A stretch of 64,000 nt of DNA. Source: Camelus ferus. Its lineage: Eukaryota. Of the stretch, positions 13,053 through 26,600 are shown one piece after another. Position 1 is the first letter of the stretch. Every line of letters starts with the position of its first letter. The notes under the pieces were generated by a model that worked only from the letters and a program-made list of their open reading frames with translations, had not been told where the DNA came from and did no database searches. Both the position numbers and the translations under genes were made by a program. The DNA lies in NCBI RefSeq assembly GCF_009834535.1, contig NC_045696.1, positions 51,090,001 through 51,154,000 on the forward strand. The letters are read 5' to 3'.

Positions 13053-14095
13053 TTGCTAAACTATTTCCCAAAGTGGCCACATCATTTACATTCCCACTAG
13101 TAATATATTAGGGTTCCAGTTTCTCCACATCCTCACCAATGCTTTTTATTGCCTGTCTGTTTACAGCTATTCTAAGTGGTGTGAAGTGATAATTTCACTG
13201 GATTTGCATTTCTCTGACTAATGATGCTAAAACATCTTTCCATATGATCATTAGCAATTTATGTATCTTCTCTGGTGAAACGTCTATTTAAATCTTTTGC
13301 CTATGGTCTAGGCCTGGGAATAAACCTAGAATTTTTGTTAAGTCATTAAGAAAATTCTCATTTTAAAATTGAATTGCTTATCTTATTGAGTTGCAAGGTT
13401 CTTTACATATTCTGGATACAAGTCCTTTGTCAGGTATATAATTTACAACTATTTTTTCCCAATTTGTGGCTTGTCTTTTCATTTTCTTAACAGTGTACCA
13501 TACTACTGTAGGTTGTTACTAATAGGGGAAACTGGGAACTATCTGTACTGTCTTCACAAATATAAATCTAAAACCATAACTAGAACTATTCTGAAGTAAA
13601 TTTGTTTTTTTTTTAAAGGAAGAACTGTCAGATTAAGAGATGGTGAGACATTTCAGCCAACTGCAACATGAGGACCTTTATAGATTCCGATTTAACAAAC
13701 CTATTTTAAAAACACATCTGTAAGACATATGAGAAAAACCAAATACAGACCAGGTATCAGATCACAATATGGCATTAGGTGTAACAGTACTGTAGTTATT
13801 TATGATATTACCTTTAATACTAAAACTCAAGAGTAGAAAGCACTTGAAGACTCATTTATTCTTTACTATCTGAAAGAACATAAGGAGGATAGAGCTTCAA
13901 ACCTTTAACAAACTACAACTTCTCTATTTCCAGCTGTACCAAACTTTCAGTTTATAGAAGGGAAGCTGAATGAGATGAGAATAAGCCTTCCATACTGATA
14001 CAGACCTAATCTTCTAAAGTCAGCAGTCTCTAGCCTGTCTTTGTCTTTGGTGTAAATGGCTACATGTCGTGACTTGTGTTCCTAACTGAAACTAC

Positions 14096-14205
14096 AATGT
14101 CCCTTGATATCCACTGGGGACTGGTTCCAGTACCCCTTGACGTACCCAAATCCATAGATGTTCAAGGCCCTTATGTAAAATCGCATAGTACAGTTGGCTC
14201 TCCAT
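14096..14205. mobile_element. MER2-like Tigger MITE fragment
   Basis: gtcccttgatatccactggggactggttccagtacccc...aaatccatagatgttcaag. Confidence 0.65.
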
Positions 14206-16762
14206 ATGATACTGTCAAACGCTTTTTAGAATGATCATTTTAAAAAAATGCATTTATGTAACAGTTTAAATGCCACCTAATGTGACTGGATGCAATGCTG
14301 CCATTAAGTAGATACAAATAATTAGCAGAGAGAATGAACATGGACCTTTTACATTAAGTTAATTTGCAAGGAAAGAATTCCCTTTTGTAACATCGCTTTA
14401 ATAGTTGTTTCCTGGAATAGAAATAAATAATGTACAATGTACATCCTCTGATTATGGGAACACATCACATTACCAAGAATGTCTGCAGTGAGAACATGTG
14501 AAAACAGAACTATTAATACTTGAATTTTAGGGGTAAAAGAGTATGAGCCCATAAAGGTGTCTGAGAAACAACTGTCAACAGAGTAGGGGAAAAATCTGGG
14601 GTAGTAGTGTTGTGAAAGTCAAGAATGGGTTCCAAACTTGGCTATATGGCAGAATCACTTTGCCAGTTAAAATTTCAGATTCCTACATTCTACCTTGGAC
14701 TCTTTACTTTTATAATAAGCATGTTACTTTTACCACACAAATTTAACACCTACTCAAATTAATAAACTTCCCACTGCATGTGTGTAGATTTCTAAGTCCA
14801 AGGGGTCTGATGAGGGACATAGAGACTAAAGATGGGCATAGACAAGTGGAAGAGACCACTGGAAAAAATATGCTATATGATCAGGGTGGATTTCACATAA
14901 AAACGTTAAACATCTCCCTTATGCAAGCAGTACAGTATGTTATACTATAGCTTTAATGTGTGTAACATAGTACTGAGGAACTGACTCAAACTGGCCCGAC
15001 TCTGAAGCTGCCTTTAAATCACTACACTGACTGCTTGCTTCAGATAAGATTTCAATATAATTTAACAATATAGACTATCTTAATTTATCAGTTTAAGACC
15101 TCTACTCTATAGATAAGCTCCAAATTCCTGGCCTAAAGGTTAAATCAGCTGTGTGGCCACACAAATTTGACTCAATAGTTTTTTGCTTTTTCAAGTTAAG
15201 TTGGTTGCTAATATTTAAATCAGAAGACTTTACACAGTCTACATTTCTTATCTTATTTTACTCATTTACCTTTGTCTGCTTAGTCCCAGGTTCCTGTTGG
15301 CACTAGAGTTCACAACCCTAACTAAAAAACTGAAGACAGTAGTTGTTAAAGAAACTAAGTCATTCTCTTAGCTCAAGTAAACGCATGTGACATTTCATTT
15401 TCCTTGTTTTTCAAATCTGTAAGAAACCCCAATGCATCTTCATACCAAAGTTTTTAGATAGAGGATCTAAAAGAGAGGGTCAGGCTGACATAGCAGAAGT
15501 ATGCATAGAAATATGAACCAAGTCTTTAGATCTGGAAAACACAGCTACTTGCCTCCTACTTTAGGGAGCCCATTAATTTGTGTCAGCATCACAACATTGG
15601 TCTGTTACTGAGTGGAATCTCATATAGTCTTAGCACTTACAATATGGTAGTAGGTTTATAAGAACCTTTGGCTTATAAAACAAGCAGTGTGATAAAATGA
15701 GGTAATGCTTGTTAAGTATTTAGCACAGCAATATCAGCTAATAAGCACTCAAATGTTCCTAGCTTTCAAAAGTAACATCAATTATGGCCACAACTGTAAA
15801 AACTATATTTAGTAGCAATATTCTGAAAGGCCACAAGATGGAGATATGACTACACTAAAGTGGGTCTTTTTATACAAAGTATGAATTTTAAAGTAGTTAT
15901 ATAGCAAAAAGAGAAAATGATGTACAGAAAAAGCTTGAAGCTTTTACACTTTAGATGGGTATTTAAGTGCACCTTGGTACAAAATTTTAGTTCCTTGGTC
16001 ACTTGTTATGATGAATGTTTGATCTGGAAGGGATCTTAGAAGCCACTGGTTCTACTCCCTTTCATTTCAGATGATGGAATGGAGACAGATGTGCCTGGAG
16101 TTATACGACAATTATCAATAAAGCCAGAATCAGGCCTTTGTGAATTCCCACTATGGTGCATTATCAGCCACATTATATGACTTCCTTCAAAAGAGTCTTC
16201 TTTACTCCTCAAGGTTAGGAGAGAGAAATACCTAACCCAGAACACTTACCTAAGGTGTACTGATAAAAGGTATCTGTATAAAATCTAAAGTCTTTTAGCA
16301 AGGATCAAAGCATGTCCAGGGTCCTTTAATAAAAAATTTCAAGAGGCTTAGAGGATAGATTATTTTTTTTCCTAGCTAGCAGTAATCTGGTTCTAAATAC
16401 TTGCCTTCAAGCAAATTGCATGAAAGAGTTATACCTCTAAAGTATAAATTCCTTCAACCTAAAAGTAAGCCTACTCAGTGTTTATCAAAGCACAGCTTAA
16501 ATATTAACTGCTCATGAGGCCTTAACCTGCCATCTTGCTGATTTCCACCTCATCTGAACTATGGTACATAGTAGTACTCTTCCATGGCACAGAACCTCTG
16601 CACTGACGAAGTGTTTATTTTCAATCTTACCTCTTCTATCAAACTACAAGACTTAGGAAAGGACCTCAAATGTTTCAAGGAACTAACTTACTTTAAGTAA
16701 ATCCAAGAATCTCTAGGCCTTTACTATAACTGAAAAACTCTCACCTCATCTATATTTTAGAG

Positions 16763-16983
16763 CAGAGTTTCTCAATCCTTGTACTATTGATATTTGGGGC
16801 TGGATAATTCTTTGTTGTAAGGGGCTTTCTGGAGCACCGTGGGATGTTCAGCAGGACCTCTAGCTTTATCCACTAGATTCCAGGAACCATCTCACCCCAT
16901 TGTGACAACTAAAAACATCTCCAGGTATTATCAGATGTCTGGAGTGGGGTGATGGGAGGTGTGCTACTCGTTGAGAGTCACTG
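16763..16983 (+). mobile_element. MER20 hAT MITE, near full length
   Basis: Termini cagagtttctcaa...ttgagagtcactg; internal ggataattctttgttgt; 8-bp flanks ttttagag/ttctagtg. Confidence 0.85.
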
Positions 16984-17239
16984 TTCTAGTGGTTTAGCAG
17001 GTATCAAAAAAAAAAAAGTGGTGGTGAGTCAATCATTTCTCCAAGCTACATGACTGCCAAGTATTAGGTGTGTAAAAATCTCAGCAATTATTTGACTGGG
17101 TACCAGAAGTGCTAAATACACACAAGGACAAAATATACTCAAGGCTATACCCTAAAAAGAATAAAATTACTCTGAAAAATTTTTTCCCATGTTCAGTATG
17201 TTCAATTAAGAGAACTCTTTCCCAGCTTTGGCTTTTCCC

Positions 17240-17980
17240 CTACTATCAGCTAGGTGTTAATGTTTTTACTTCCAAATCTCTGAATTCAAGCACATATTCC
17301 CAATTGCTTACTGGGTATCTCTGTAGGAATCTCAAATTCAACACAACAAGAACAAAACTCATTATTCTCTATCAGAAATTAGAACATCTACCTCTATTCT
17401 CTACCTTGATGAATAGCCTCATGATTCATCCAATACAAAAATTTAGTTTTAGATGTACTCTTATATCCCATTTTAATCCCTATTAATTCTGCCTCCCAAA
17501 TATCTTCATAACCTGCTCCTATATCCTCTGTCTTAGCAGTATGGTTCAGGCCATCATTTCAACCCAAATTGTAATAGCCTAATGAAGGGGATTAAGACTA
17601 GATCCAAGGAGACAAAGCCATCACAATGCAGTCAGAATAATCCTTCTAAAACACAAATCTGACCACTTTACTTCTCAGCTTAAAATCTTCCAAAAATTGC
17701 ACACGATCTACAAAGTAAAATTCACTTGGCCCTTCATCACCTAGCTGTGGCCCCTGGCCTAGGTGTCTTCCCTCCCTCTCCCTCCCACATTGTTTTTTGG
17801 CCATATAAAACTACTCAAACCCCTAGAACCAACCAAGCTTTATTTCCTTCTTCACTCACCTATGTGTCTGTTTTATACTATACTTATTGATACATCAGTA
17901 GACTATGGATCCTATCTGAGAGCTGTTATGAGGATTACACAAGAATCATTGCCTCGCACATAGTAGGTACTTAACAGTGG
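17240..17980 (+). mobile_element. L2 relic (with MIR-like end)
   Basis: ctcaaattcaac...aaaactcattattc and cttctaaaacacaaatctgaccac motifs. Confidence 0.6.
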
Positions 17981-18767
17981 AGGACAATACATAGCTATAA
18001 AAAAAGTAAAAGTGGCATGAAGGGGAAGGATGGGAGAGCAGGTCTCAAAAAGCAGACACAAGAGCAAAATGAAGAAAGCAGCTTAAAAGAGAACAATTCA
18101 TACATGATTTCAAAGTTTTATTTCTTGGTATCATAGAAAGCTAGAGCTGATAGAAACCAAGGATGGCAAACATGTGGCACACATGCCATTAGTAATTAAT
18201 GACATAACCTTTTTTATTATTATTTTTTTGCAGTCTGAGAACTCATCAAAGCTTTCATCAGATTAAACACAATACTGATAAGACACTATCCACAGATTAG
18301 AACTGACACAAAAACTTGAATCTTTGGCCTTTCCCATTCAGATTCAAGTTGTTCTCTTTAAAGACAAAGAAATAAAGGCCCAGAAGTCAAGGAACTTATT
18401 AGTGACTCTACTGATAATTATTATTGGTGGCACACTGAACTATAAAATGTGGTTATTTCAGTTCAAATGTTTTGCCTTATAAGTCTCCTTTTTGAAGATA
18501 AATTATAGAACAAATAATACACTATACAGACTGTGGGTAGGGGGAACGCAATATATCTTTAAACATACTTTAGTTTTCTGGAAAGAAAAATAAGAAATGT
18601 TTAAAATGCTCCCAAGTACAAAATATTTTTCTTGCTTACCCTAGTTTAACAAGCTCTACATATAAATAATATTCTTTCTAATGATTTGGGTCCTATACTG
18701 GCACCACTGACAGTACTTACTAAAATTTGAAAGTCTCAATCCCATTTTCTAAAGTACATTTTGTGTT

Positions 18768-19525
18768 GATAAATGCTGGAGAGGGTGTGTAGAAAAGGGA
18801 ACTCTCCTACACTGCTGGTGGGAATGCAGTTTGGTGCAGCCACTGTGGAAAGCTGTATGGAGATTTTGCAAAAAAACTAGGAATAGACTTGCCATATGAC
18901 CCAGGAATCCCACTCCTGGGCATATATCCAGAAGGAACCCTAATTCAAAAAGACACCAGCACCCCAATGTTCACAGCAAAACTATTTACAATAGCCAAGA
19001 CATGGAAACAGCCTAAATGTCCACCAACAGATGACTGGATAAAGAAGTTGTGGTATATTTATACAATGGAATACTATTCAGCCATAAAAATGACAACATA
19101 ATGCCATTTGCAGCAACATGGATGTCCCTGGAGAATGTCATTCTAAGTGAAGTAAGCCAGAAAGAGAAAGAAAAATACTGTATGATATCACTCATATATG
19201 GAATCTTAAAAAAAAAGACAAACAAATAAAAACAGAAACAGACTCATAGACATAGAATACAAACTTGTGGTTGCCAGGGGAGAGGGAGTGGGAAGGAACA
19301 GAAAGGGAGTTCGAAATTTGTGGATACTGACAGGTATATATAAAATAGATAAACAAGTTTATACTGCATAGCACAGGGAAATACATACAAGATCTTGTGG
19401 TAGCTCACAGTGAAAAAGAATGTAACAATAAATATATGTATGTTTATGCATGACTGAAAAATTGTGCTCTGCACCAGAAATTGACACAACATTGTAAACT
19501 GACTATAACTCAATAAAAAACAAAA
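18768..19525 (+). mobile_element. Young lineage-specific L1 3' fragment
   Basis: ORF2 C-terminal remnant [13 protein letters not shown]...WYIYTMEYYSAIK. TSD aaagtacattttgtgtt (18751-18767) / aaagaacgttttgtgtt (19526-19542). Confidence 0.92.
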
Positions 19526-20403
19526 AAAGAACGTTTTGTGTTCTGTAATTTGAAGTCAAAAAGCAATCAGTAATCGAATTAAAAACCGGGAAGTTATGTA
19601 AGTAAGTTACATCACAAAAACATAAAAATGGCCAGCAAAAGTGGGAAATGTCCAACTTCACCAAGTAATCAATAAGAAAGAAAGAAACAGAAGGAAAGAG
19701 AAGGACCATTTATCACCTGATCAGGACAGTAAAACTAGAGTTAAGGCTATATGTGTATTATGTCCTCTAAACCAACTTGAAAAGAAATTGTTACTTCTAT
19801 CATTTGTAGAAATACTCAATGTATGCCACTTATCCTAGACAAAGGTAACTTATACCACCCATGACTAGAATGACAGCCACAATGTCTTCCTCCATTTCCT
19901 TGAGGTTTCTGCAAGTTCAGCCCTTGGAAAAGAGTACACTCTCAAAATTGCTACTGTCTTTCTGGAGGTCAACTGGAAACAAATATCAGAGCTTTAAAAA
20001 TGTCAGTACCTTCTGATCCAAAAAATTCACCTCTAGTGAATTATCCAAAATAATTTAGGATGTGTATCAAGTAGTTTTATATACAAGCATTCACTACAGC
20101 TCTATCAAGGACTGAGACAAGAAACCTGAACTTGGAAAACAAGGTTTTTTCCCTTAAGAACCGTTTCAGCAGTGACAGGGGTACGATACAGGGTGTACCA
20201 GCTCAGGCAAGGCAACTATATACTTCTAATCCCCTCCCCAGACAAGATGACTGGATTACAGTATTTTAATCTAAAAACAGGAGTGGTCTCAGAATCCTTT
20301 ACCACAGAGATATAAACAGCCACACCTTATATTTACCATCTGGGAACTAGATCCTAAGGAAGGAGATTATGTTTTAGACAAATTTGGTTTTTTCAGGGTC
20401 TAG

Positions 20404-20819
20404 CACAGCACAATCTAAGAGAAATATAATTTGAGTTACATAATTAAAATTTTTTTAGTATCTATAGTAATAAAGACAAAATAAAACACATGAAATCATG
20501 GCAAAACGTAATCAGAATTTAAATTAATGTTTTATCTTTAAAAAATCTTTTTTTCACACTAAGTCTTTAAATCCAGTGTGCATTACACTTACGGCACATC
20601 TCAATTCAGATGCTAATTTTCCTTCGAAATATTTTATCTGTACTTCCATTTCATAAAATTCATAGTAGGTTCACATACCCAAGTTGTTCCAAACATACAT
20701 AAAATCATCAGTTTTAAATATTAACTTAAAATTTTAATTCAGTTTCTCATTAACACAAGACACATTTCAACTGCTCAATAGCCAAATGTAGCTAGTCACT
20801 ACTGTATTGGACAGGACAG
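20404..20819. mobile_element. MER33/Charlie1-like hAT element
   Basis: acacttacggcacatctcaattcagatg...catttcaactgctcaatagcc...gtattggacag. Confidence 0.75.
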
Positions 20820-21129
20820 GACTAACATTTTGCCAAAAAGGTAGGCACTGAATGGCATATGGGAGATGATGGAAAAGAAAAACACAAGAAAAAGCAGTGT
20901 TTAATGATAGCACAATAATAATTTTGTAGTTATTAAACTATAATCCATACAATTCTCACTTCCATGAAGAAAAAAATGTTTCTATTGGTTACTACTGGTA
21001 TCCTAATGGTTTTTGTAGTCTGTGCTTTTTTTTCCTTTCAAACACATAAAACTTTACTTAAAATATGAGTTTAATAAATGCAAAGTCATACCACATGACA
21101 GGAAGGGGAAACAATTTTATAAATCCGTC

Positions 21130-21630
21130 TAGCTTCTCTCAAGTTCACTGGTAAATTAAACAAGTTAAATTAAAATTTCAATGTGACTTTTTTTCTAAAC
21201 TTAACAAAAATCATTCCAGAAAACACCTGAAAGAATAAACAGTTGAAAATAATTGAGAAATTTTTGAAACTAATGATGAGGATTTGTTATTAAATACTTG
21301 GACAAAATATCTGTTGTGTGTATATAATAACATGTAACCAAAATTTATAATATGGAAAAAAACCTTTTATGACTTAATAATGAAAAAGCAACCCAATTTA
21401 AACATGGACAATGATTTAAACAAAGACTTCACAAAGGGATATGGATAATAAACACATGAAAAGATGTTCAACAGCGGTTGCCATTTGGTAAATGCAAAAT
21501 AAAACCACAATGAGGTATCACTACTCACATACTAGGATAGTTAAAACTTTAAGAGACTGACAATATCAAGTGTTTGCAAGTGTGTGGAACAATCAGAACT
21601 GATGTGCAAAATGGTGAAAGCACTTGTGCT
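21130..21630 (+). mobile_element. Old L1 ORF2 fragments
   Basis: aaacacatgaaaagatgttcaac...aaatgcaaaataaaaccacaatgag. Confidence 0.7.
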
Positions 21631-21651
21631 TTAAAAAAAAAAAAGAAAACA

Positions 21652-21790
21652 GGGGCGGGGGGAGGGGATAGAGACAGGCACTCAGTGGTAGAGTGCCTGC
21701 TTAGCATGCATGAGGTCCTAGGTTCAATCCCCAGTACCTCCATCAAAAAAAAAGTAAATAAAAAATTTAAAAAAAGAAAAAGAAAAAAGG
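21652..21790 (+). mobile_element. tRNA-derived SINE with A-rich tail
   Basis: ctcagtggtagagtgcctgcttagcatgcatgaggtcctaggttcaatccccagtacctcc. Confidence 0.85.
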
Positions 21791-24700
21791 ACAGCCATTT
21801 AAATAATTGAGAAGGTATATCTTTTCAGTTGGCACAAAGCTGGAAGCCATAGCTAATACTGGGAAGAGAAAATTAGGAGTCAAAAGGATTTCCACAGGCC
21901 AAAATAGACAATATAGCTATTAGTTTGGTCTGGCAAAAGTACTGGCTTTGAAAGATAATTCTTTAGACGGGTGGCCTTTAAAAATCTTTTCCAACCCACA
22001 AATTCTTTATTATACTTTGTTTTGTTTAGAACTTTACCAAGAGCTGTCCACAATCTGGGGAAGAAATTACAACACTGATGGCAACAAAGCATTACTCACC
22101 AAGGCACACATCTGAATTGGTAGTAAATGTATTTTCTAAATTATACAATGATTTTATTTATAGACAGATGCAAACATCTTATGATCTGTGGTGTAGATGT
22201 ACTTGCTTATTTGCATATTGAAATAGGTATCTTATTACAATTTACTTTCCTTTTATTTCTCCTTTATATTAGTTAGGACATAAATTTTTTAAAATTGTGG
22301 TACAGATAGATTATATCTTACACGAATTCATCTCAACATAGCAAGGGGACAAAACAAAGTGTTTGTTAAAGTCCACTATCTTAATTAACATCCCACAAAT
22401 TACTGGATTCACAGAAGCAACACGTATGAATTGCAGGTTTACTGAATTTCCTGAATCCACTTCAGCCTCACTAGCCTTTTCAGTTTTTCCTGAAAAAAAA
22501 AAAAAAACAAAACCCAAAACCAAAACCAACACTTTTTTATTGAAGTAGAAAATACACATGGTAAAGAGCACAAATCTTGTCACAGCTCAATGATTTTTAA
22601 CATATGTATACACCCGGGTAAATCAATGCCCAAGGTAAAGATACTTCACAAAACTCCCTTGCGTCCCTTCCCAGTCCATAAACATTTCACTTACTGTTCT
22701 ATACTATATTATTGCTGTTTACTTTCCTATCTTTACTTTGTTCATATGTATTCACATCTTGTTAAAGACATTTTCATTAGAACTAGTTTACATCTCTTTA
22801 CTACAATTGAAGGGGAAGTGGATTCAGTTTTACTTTATATTATATTGACTAATTACATTGCCATCTCAGTCATGGCTGTGTATGACATACCTTCTTGTTT
22901 GAATATAACCTTTCCCAGAGAGGAACAACAGATAAAAATAATCAGCTTACCATCCACAAATTCAACCTACAACGTCCCTGGTTCATAAAAACAAGCAACC
23001 TCAGTAAAAAGGAAGTAACATCTTGTAATATATCCCAAATTTCTAGACCATGCATATAAATACATGCAGCAATTAATAACTGGAAATTTATCTACTACGG
23101 AGGAAAGGCAAATACATGCCAATATCATGGAATGTCCCACTGCTACTAATAAAAACTAAAAATATGAAGAAAAAGCAGGTAAAATGGTAAGTTTTTAAAG
23201 TTTCAGAATGGTAGACAATATATGCAACAATGTAAATATTTAAACAGCAGACTAATTCAGAGCCAGGAGTTCTGCATGTTTCCAATTTTAGATATTTCTA
23301 TTCAACTTAAACTTCAGTTAGCTAAATATATGAAATAAACACAGCAAATAAAATTTCATACAAAAACCACATAATCAGGACCACTTATGTTTCATTTTCA
23401 CGGGCCTTTACAAATCAAGAGTCAGGACTGGTAACACTGACGACCTTGTTCGGGGTGATACAGAGCTTGAACTCAAGGAACTTAAAATCTTTTAAATAAC
23501 ATCCACTGTCTTCATTTGTTCAGTGTCTTAAGGACAAGACTTACAACTGGAAAAAATTTTTAAGTCCCATCTTAACTAGGATTTAGTTCATCTGTGAAGT
23601 TAAAGGGACTATTCCTGCAAAATCATCTTGGAAGTTTACCATTAAGAACATAATCTTAAATTCCCAATCGTAAGAGGTGATAGGAACTAGTCTAAAGGAC
23701 TCTATATTTTAGGCATAGTTGTTAGCATAAGGCACAGATTCAATAACTATAAATTTCCACTAAATTCGGCAATTATTCATTTTTGAAGATTTGTCTCTAT
23801 CAGGTTGTTACATATAAACAACCAATTTAAATAAAAAGATAATTGCCTCATGAATATATCAACAGAAGGTAGACTGTGAATAATACTGCTTCTTGACCCC
23901 ACTCCTATTACCAAGTTAGTACCAAGAAGAACATTGCGTCGTAGACAGACTGAGCTAGATCAAAGATATGGGATCTAAACATTCCGAATAATTTAAGTTC
24001 CTCCTCTTTAAATCTATGCACAATCTCAACACCAGTAACTCTTCAGCCTCATTTTTATCACTTTAACAAAGACAAATGAGTACTGAGTGCCAATGAGAAT
24101 ACAAAAACAAGTAAGAAACTGCATCTATACTCAAGGAGGAAAAAAAAAAAACTCGCCAAATTATACTGGATCATATATAAAATAGCCAAACTTCCTAGAT
24201 CATGATTTAAGTGCAGCACATACTTCCCATATCCCTCAATTAATATCCTGATAGGAACTCTTTAGAACTTGATGTAGAATAAAGCAGGTACTGTGAAAAT
24301 TTCTTCATGATTTCTAAACTTTAACACAAAACACGCAATTCAACATCACAGTGAATTTCCAGTATTTAAAGCAAAATCAGAGTAAAAGAATCACGTTACA
24401 AACATTAGGTCAAATTCAACTTTCTTGGACCTCTTCTGCGACCTCACTCACACATACACACCCAGGCAATATTCAGACCCTTGTTTTAGGCAATATGTGA
24501 TTACTTCGAACACTGACTTTTATTTCATTCTCAAAAGGGCTGCTGAATAGTTTGAAAAGCTTCACTAACTCAAAACACAGTTACAATTCTTTAACTGACT
24601 TGGTATAACAGCAAAAAACTCAGCCATCTCAAAAAGCTTTTAACATTGGTAAGATTCCATTTCTTTCTCTAAGGAGGGTAAAGGCAAGCTCTAAAATGGC

Positions 24701-25537
24701 TAATTTAGTCAATATTTTACAACACCATGTTATGTAAATAATACCTTAACAGTACGTAATTCAATAGTAAGGTGACATTTTATCCAAATGGAACAGTCGA
24801 ACCAAAATAATCCCCAACTGTATCCAAAAGGAAACGTGTGAAAGAATATAAACTTTACCAAACACCTGAAGAAAGCTTCATAGTAACCAAGGACCACCTT
24901 GAGGCACAGGGGCAATAGTGAACTGCTGGAGCAACAGCTCCACCTACTGATCAACAATACTTCCTTAAACATTTTGGCACACCCCAAGTCTACAGTGCTC
25001 ACGCTCTCCCCCTCCTCCACTCGCTCTGACCCAACCCAAATCCAGTTGAGTCACTAGCTCTTAATACTCATCTCCTCGCTCTTTATTCCAATTCCTTCTC
25101 CGTCCAGAAGGTTCTGTACGGCTTCCAAGTGTGAATAAACCCGAAAAGTGTCAAAGACCACAGTTCTCAGTGTTGAGCCTGGATCTGAAGAGGACAACCA
25201 GCCCGCTCCACTTGGAGTGGCGGGCTGGGGGTGGCTCTACTGTCTGCTCTCCTCCGGGGTAGGAGGCCCCACGCATCTAACGAGAGCTTTTCCCCGCGGC
25301 CCAATCCGCTGCTGGTCTCCACTCAACCCGCACTCGTCCTCCGAGCCCAAATCTTGGGTTCCCCGGTCGTGCCTCAGCTGGCCCTTCAGCCCGCCAACAG
25401 CCGGAGTCGAGCCTCCGCCCCCTCAGTGAGCAGAGGAGCCCAGAAACCTCCCTCCGCCGGGTCTTCGCCCAGTCTCTCCCTTCCTTCGCAGCCCCTCTCC
25501 CCCGCCAGTCGGGCCCTGCCCGGCTGCCCTTCCTCAC

Positions 25538-25545
25538 CCTTTCAT
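25538..25545 (-). CDS. NAA50: NAA50 exon 1 coding part (ATG AAA GG); N-alpha-acetyltransferase 50, NatE catalytic subunit
   Basis: aagATGAAAGG|gtgagg in the CpG island. Joining to exon 2 gives MKGSRIELG; total CDS 510 nt = 169 aa plus stop. Confidence 0.95.
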
Positions 25546-25860
25546 CTTCCCCGCCTGCTGAGGCCGTTGTTACCACCGATATCAACGCCGTTGTCGTCGC
25601 CGCCCTGAGCTCTCCGCGCCCTCAGCTCGGGCCACTCAACCCCACCAGCCGGCCTCCTCGCCTCGAGCAGGGAGCTGAGAGAGTGACGGAGGCCGCGAAA
25701 GTCGAGCGCGGCCCTGCGTCTCCGGAGGGGGCGGGGGTGTCTCCTGCCGCCGCGCTGGGGCCGCCGCTTCTCCACACGTGCACACGGGGCACTTGCCTCC
25801 CGCCTGCCGCCGCCGCAGCCAGCCAGACCCGCTGCCGCGCTGTGACCTTTCACCCCGCCC
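25546..25860 (-). other. NAA50: NAA50 5' UTR in exon 1 (TSS approximate)
   Basis: GC-rich; no minus-strand ATG between 25546 and 25931. Confidence 0.6.
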
Positions 25861-26302
25861 CCTCTGCGCGCCGGCGCGTCGGCCGCCTCGCGCGCAGCCG
25901 CACTGCAGGCCTCCGCGCACCCTTCCCCCTCCATCTCAGGACCTCCATCTTTCTACTGGGTTCGGCCCTCTGGCGTCATCTTCCTCCTCCCATCCCTTAC
26001 GACACAACTTGTGGGGCTGGCCCGGTAGGCCCTGGCGGTAAAATCCGGATTTTTCCACCCCTCCCTTTCCTCTCCCACTTCTACAAGATCAGTCTTCCCC
26101 GACCCAGTTCTTCCCAATTGGTAGTCTCCAGAATGACCTTCAAACGCTCCTGTCTTCCTAATAAAATTTTATAAAGCTGGTTCTTCTAATTGTAAAGAAG
26201 TCTGTGGAAGACTTAAGTAAATGAGGTGATTTTAATACAAATAAACTTAATAACACTTGGTCGGATAACTTGGCTTCCGTCCAGCACGTTTCAAATTCTG
26301 GT

Positions 26303-26312
26303 ATCACGTGAC
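26303..26312. promoter_or_regulatory. Second CLEAR-like element ATCACGTGAC
   Basis: 9/10 match with intact TCACGTGA core. Confidence 0.7.
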
Positions 26313-26371
26313 TGCCTCAAACCTTTAAGCCTGGGATTTTACCGGCGGGCCCCAAGGGGACGGAACTCCAT

Positions 26372-26409
26372 CGCCATTTCCGGTCCCTAGATCTTGGCGT
26401 GTACGTCAC
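26372..26409. promoter_or_regulatory. YY1-like CGCCATTT overlapping ETS-like TTCCGGT, then CRE-like TACGTCAC
   Basis: Motif matches only: 26372-26379, 26378-26384, 26402-26409. Confidence 0.5.
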
Positions 26410-26600
26410 TTCCTTAGCAATGCACTTTAACCCATTGCACCCACGCGTTCTGCATTGCTCTTTACAACATAATCTTTGTGAACGTATTTGTTTTTTTCCT
26501 AAAATCTAATCGCAAGGAAATTAATGTTCAAACAATCCGCAAAAATACAGGCCCCCACGATGCAGCGAGCCCGGCTGGGGAGCACAGGGCGGAGCTCGAT

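Larger units (their letters stand above)
10260..13495 (-). mobile_element. Cluster of old L1 fragments interrupted by younger insertions
   Basis: Recurrent antisense L1 motifs such as tttgcatatcccta...gaacatcttttcatg and ccattcatcacttgatggacat. Confidence 0.75.

Noticed and set aside
16244..16255. Perfect minus-strand donor AG|GTAAGT in NAA50 intron 1
   Set aside because: No convincing acceptor at a plausible exon distance.
22590..22988. 132-aa ORF
   Set aside because: Starts in a degraded repeat-like stretch; no homology or splice support recognised.
25148..26174. Plus-strand ORFs of 87-163 aa in the CpG island
   Set aside because: Low-complexity P/A/R-rich translations expected from GC-rich DNA; antisense to NAA50 exon 1; no recognisable domain.
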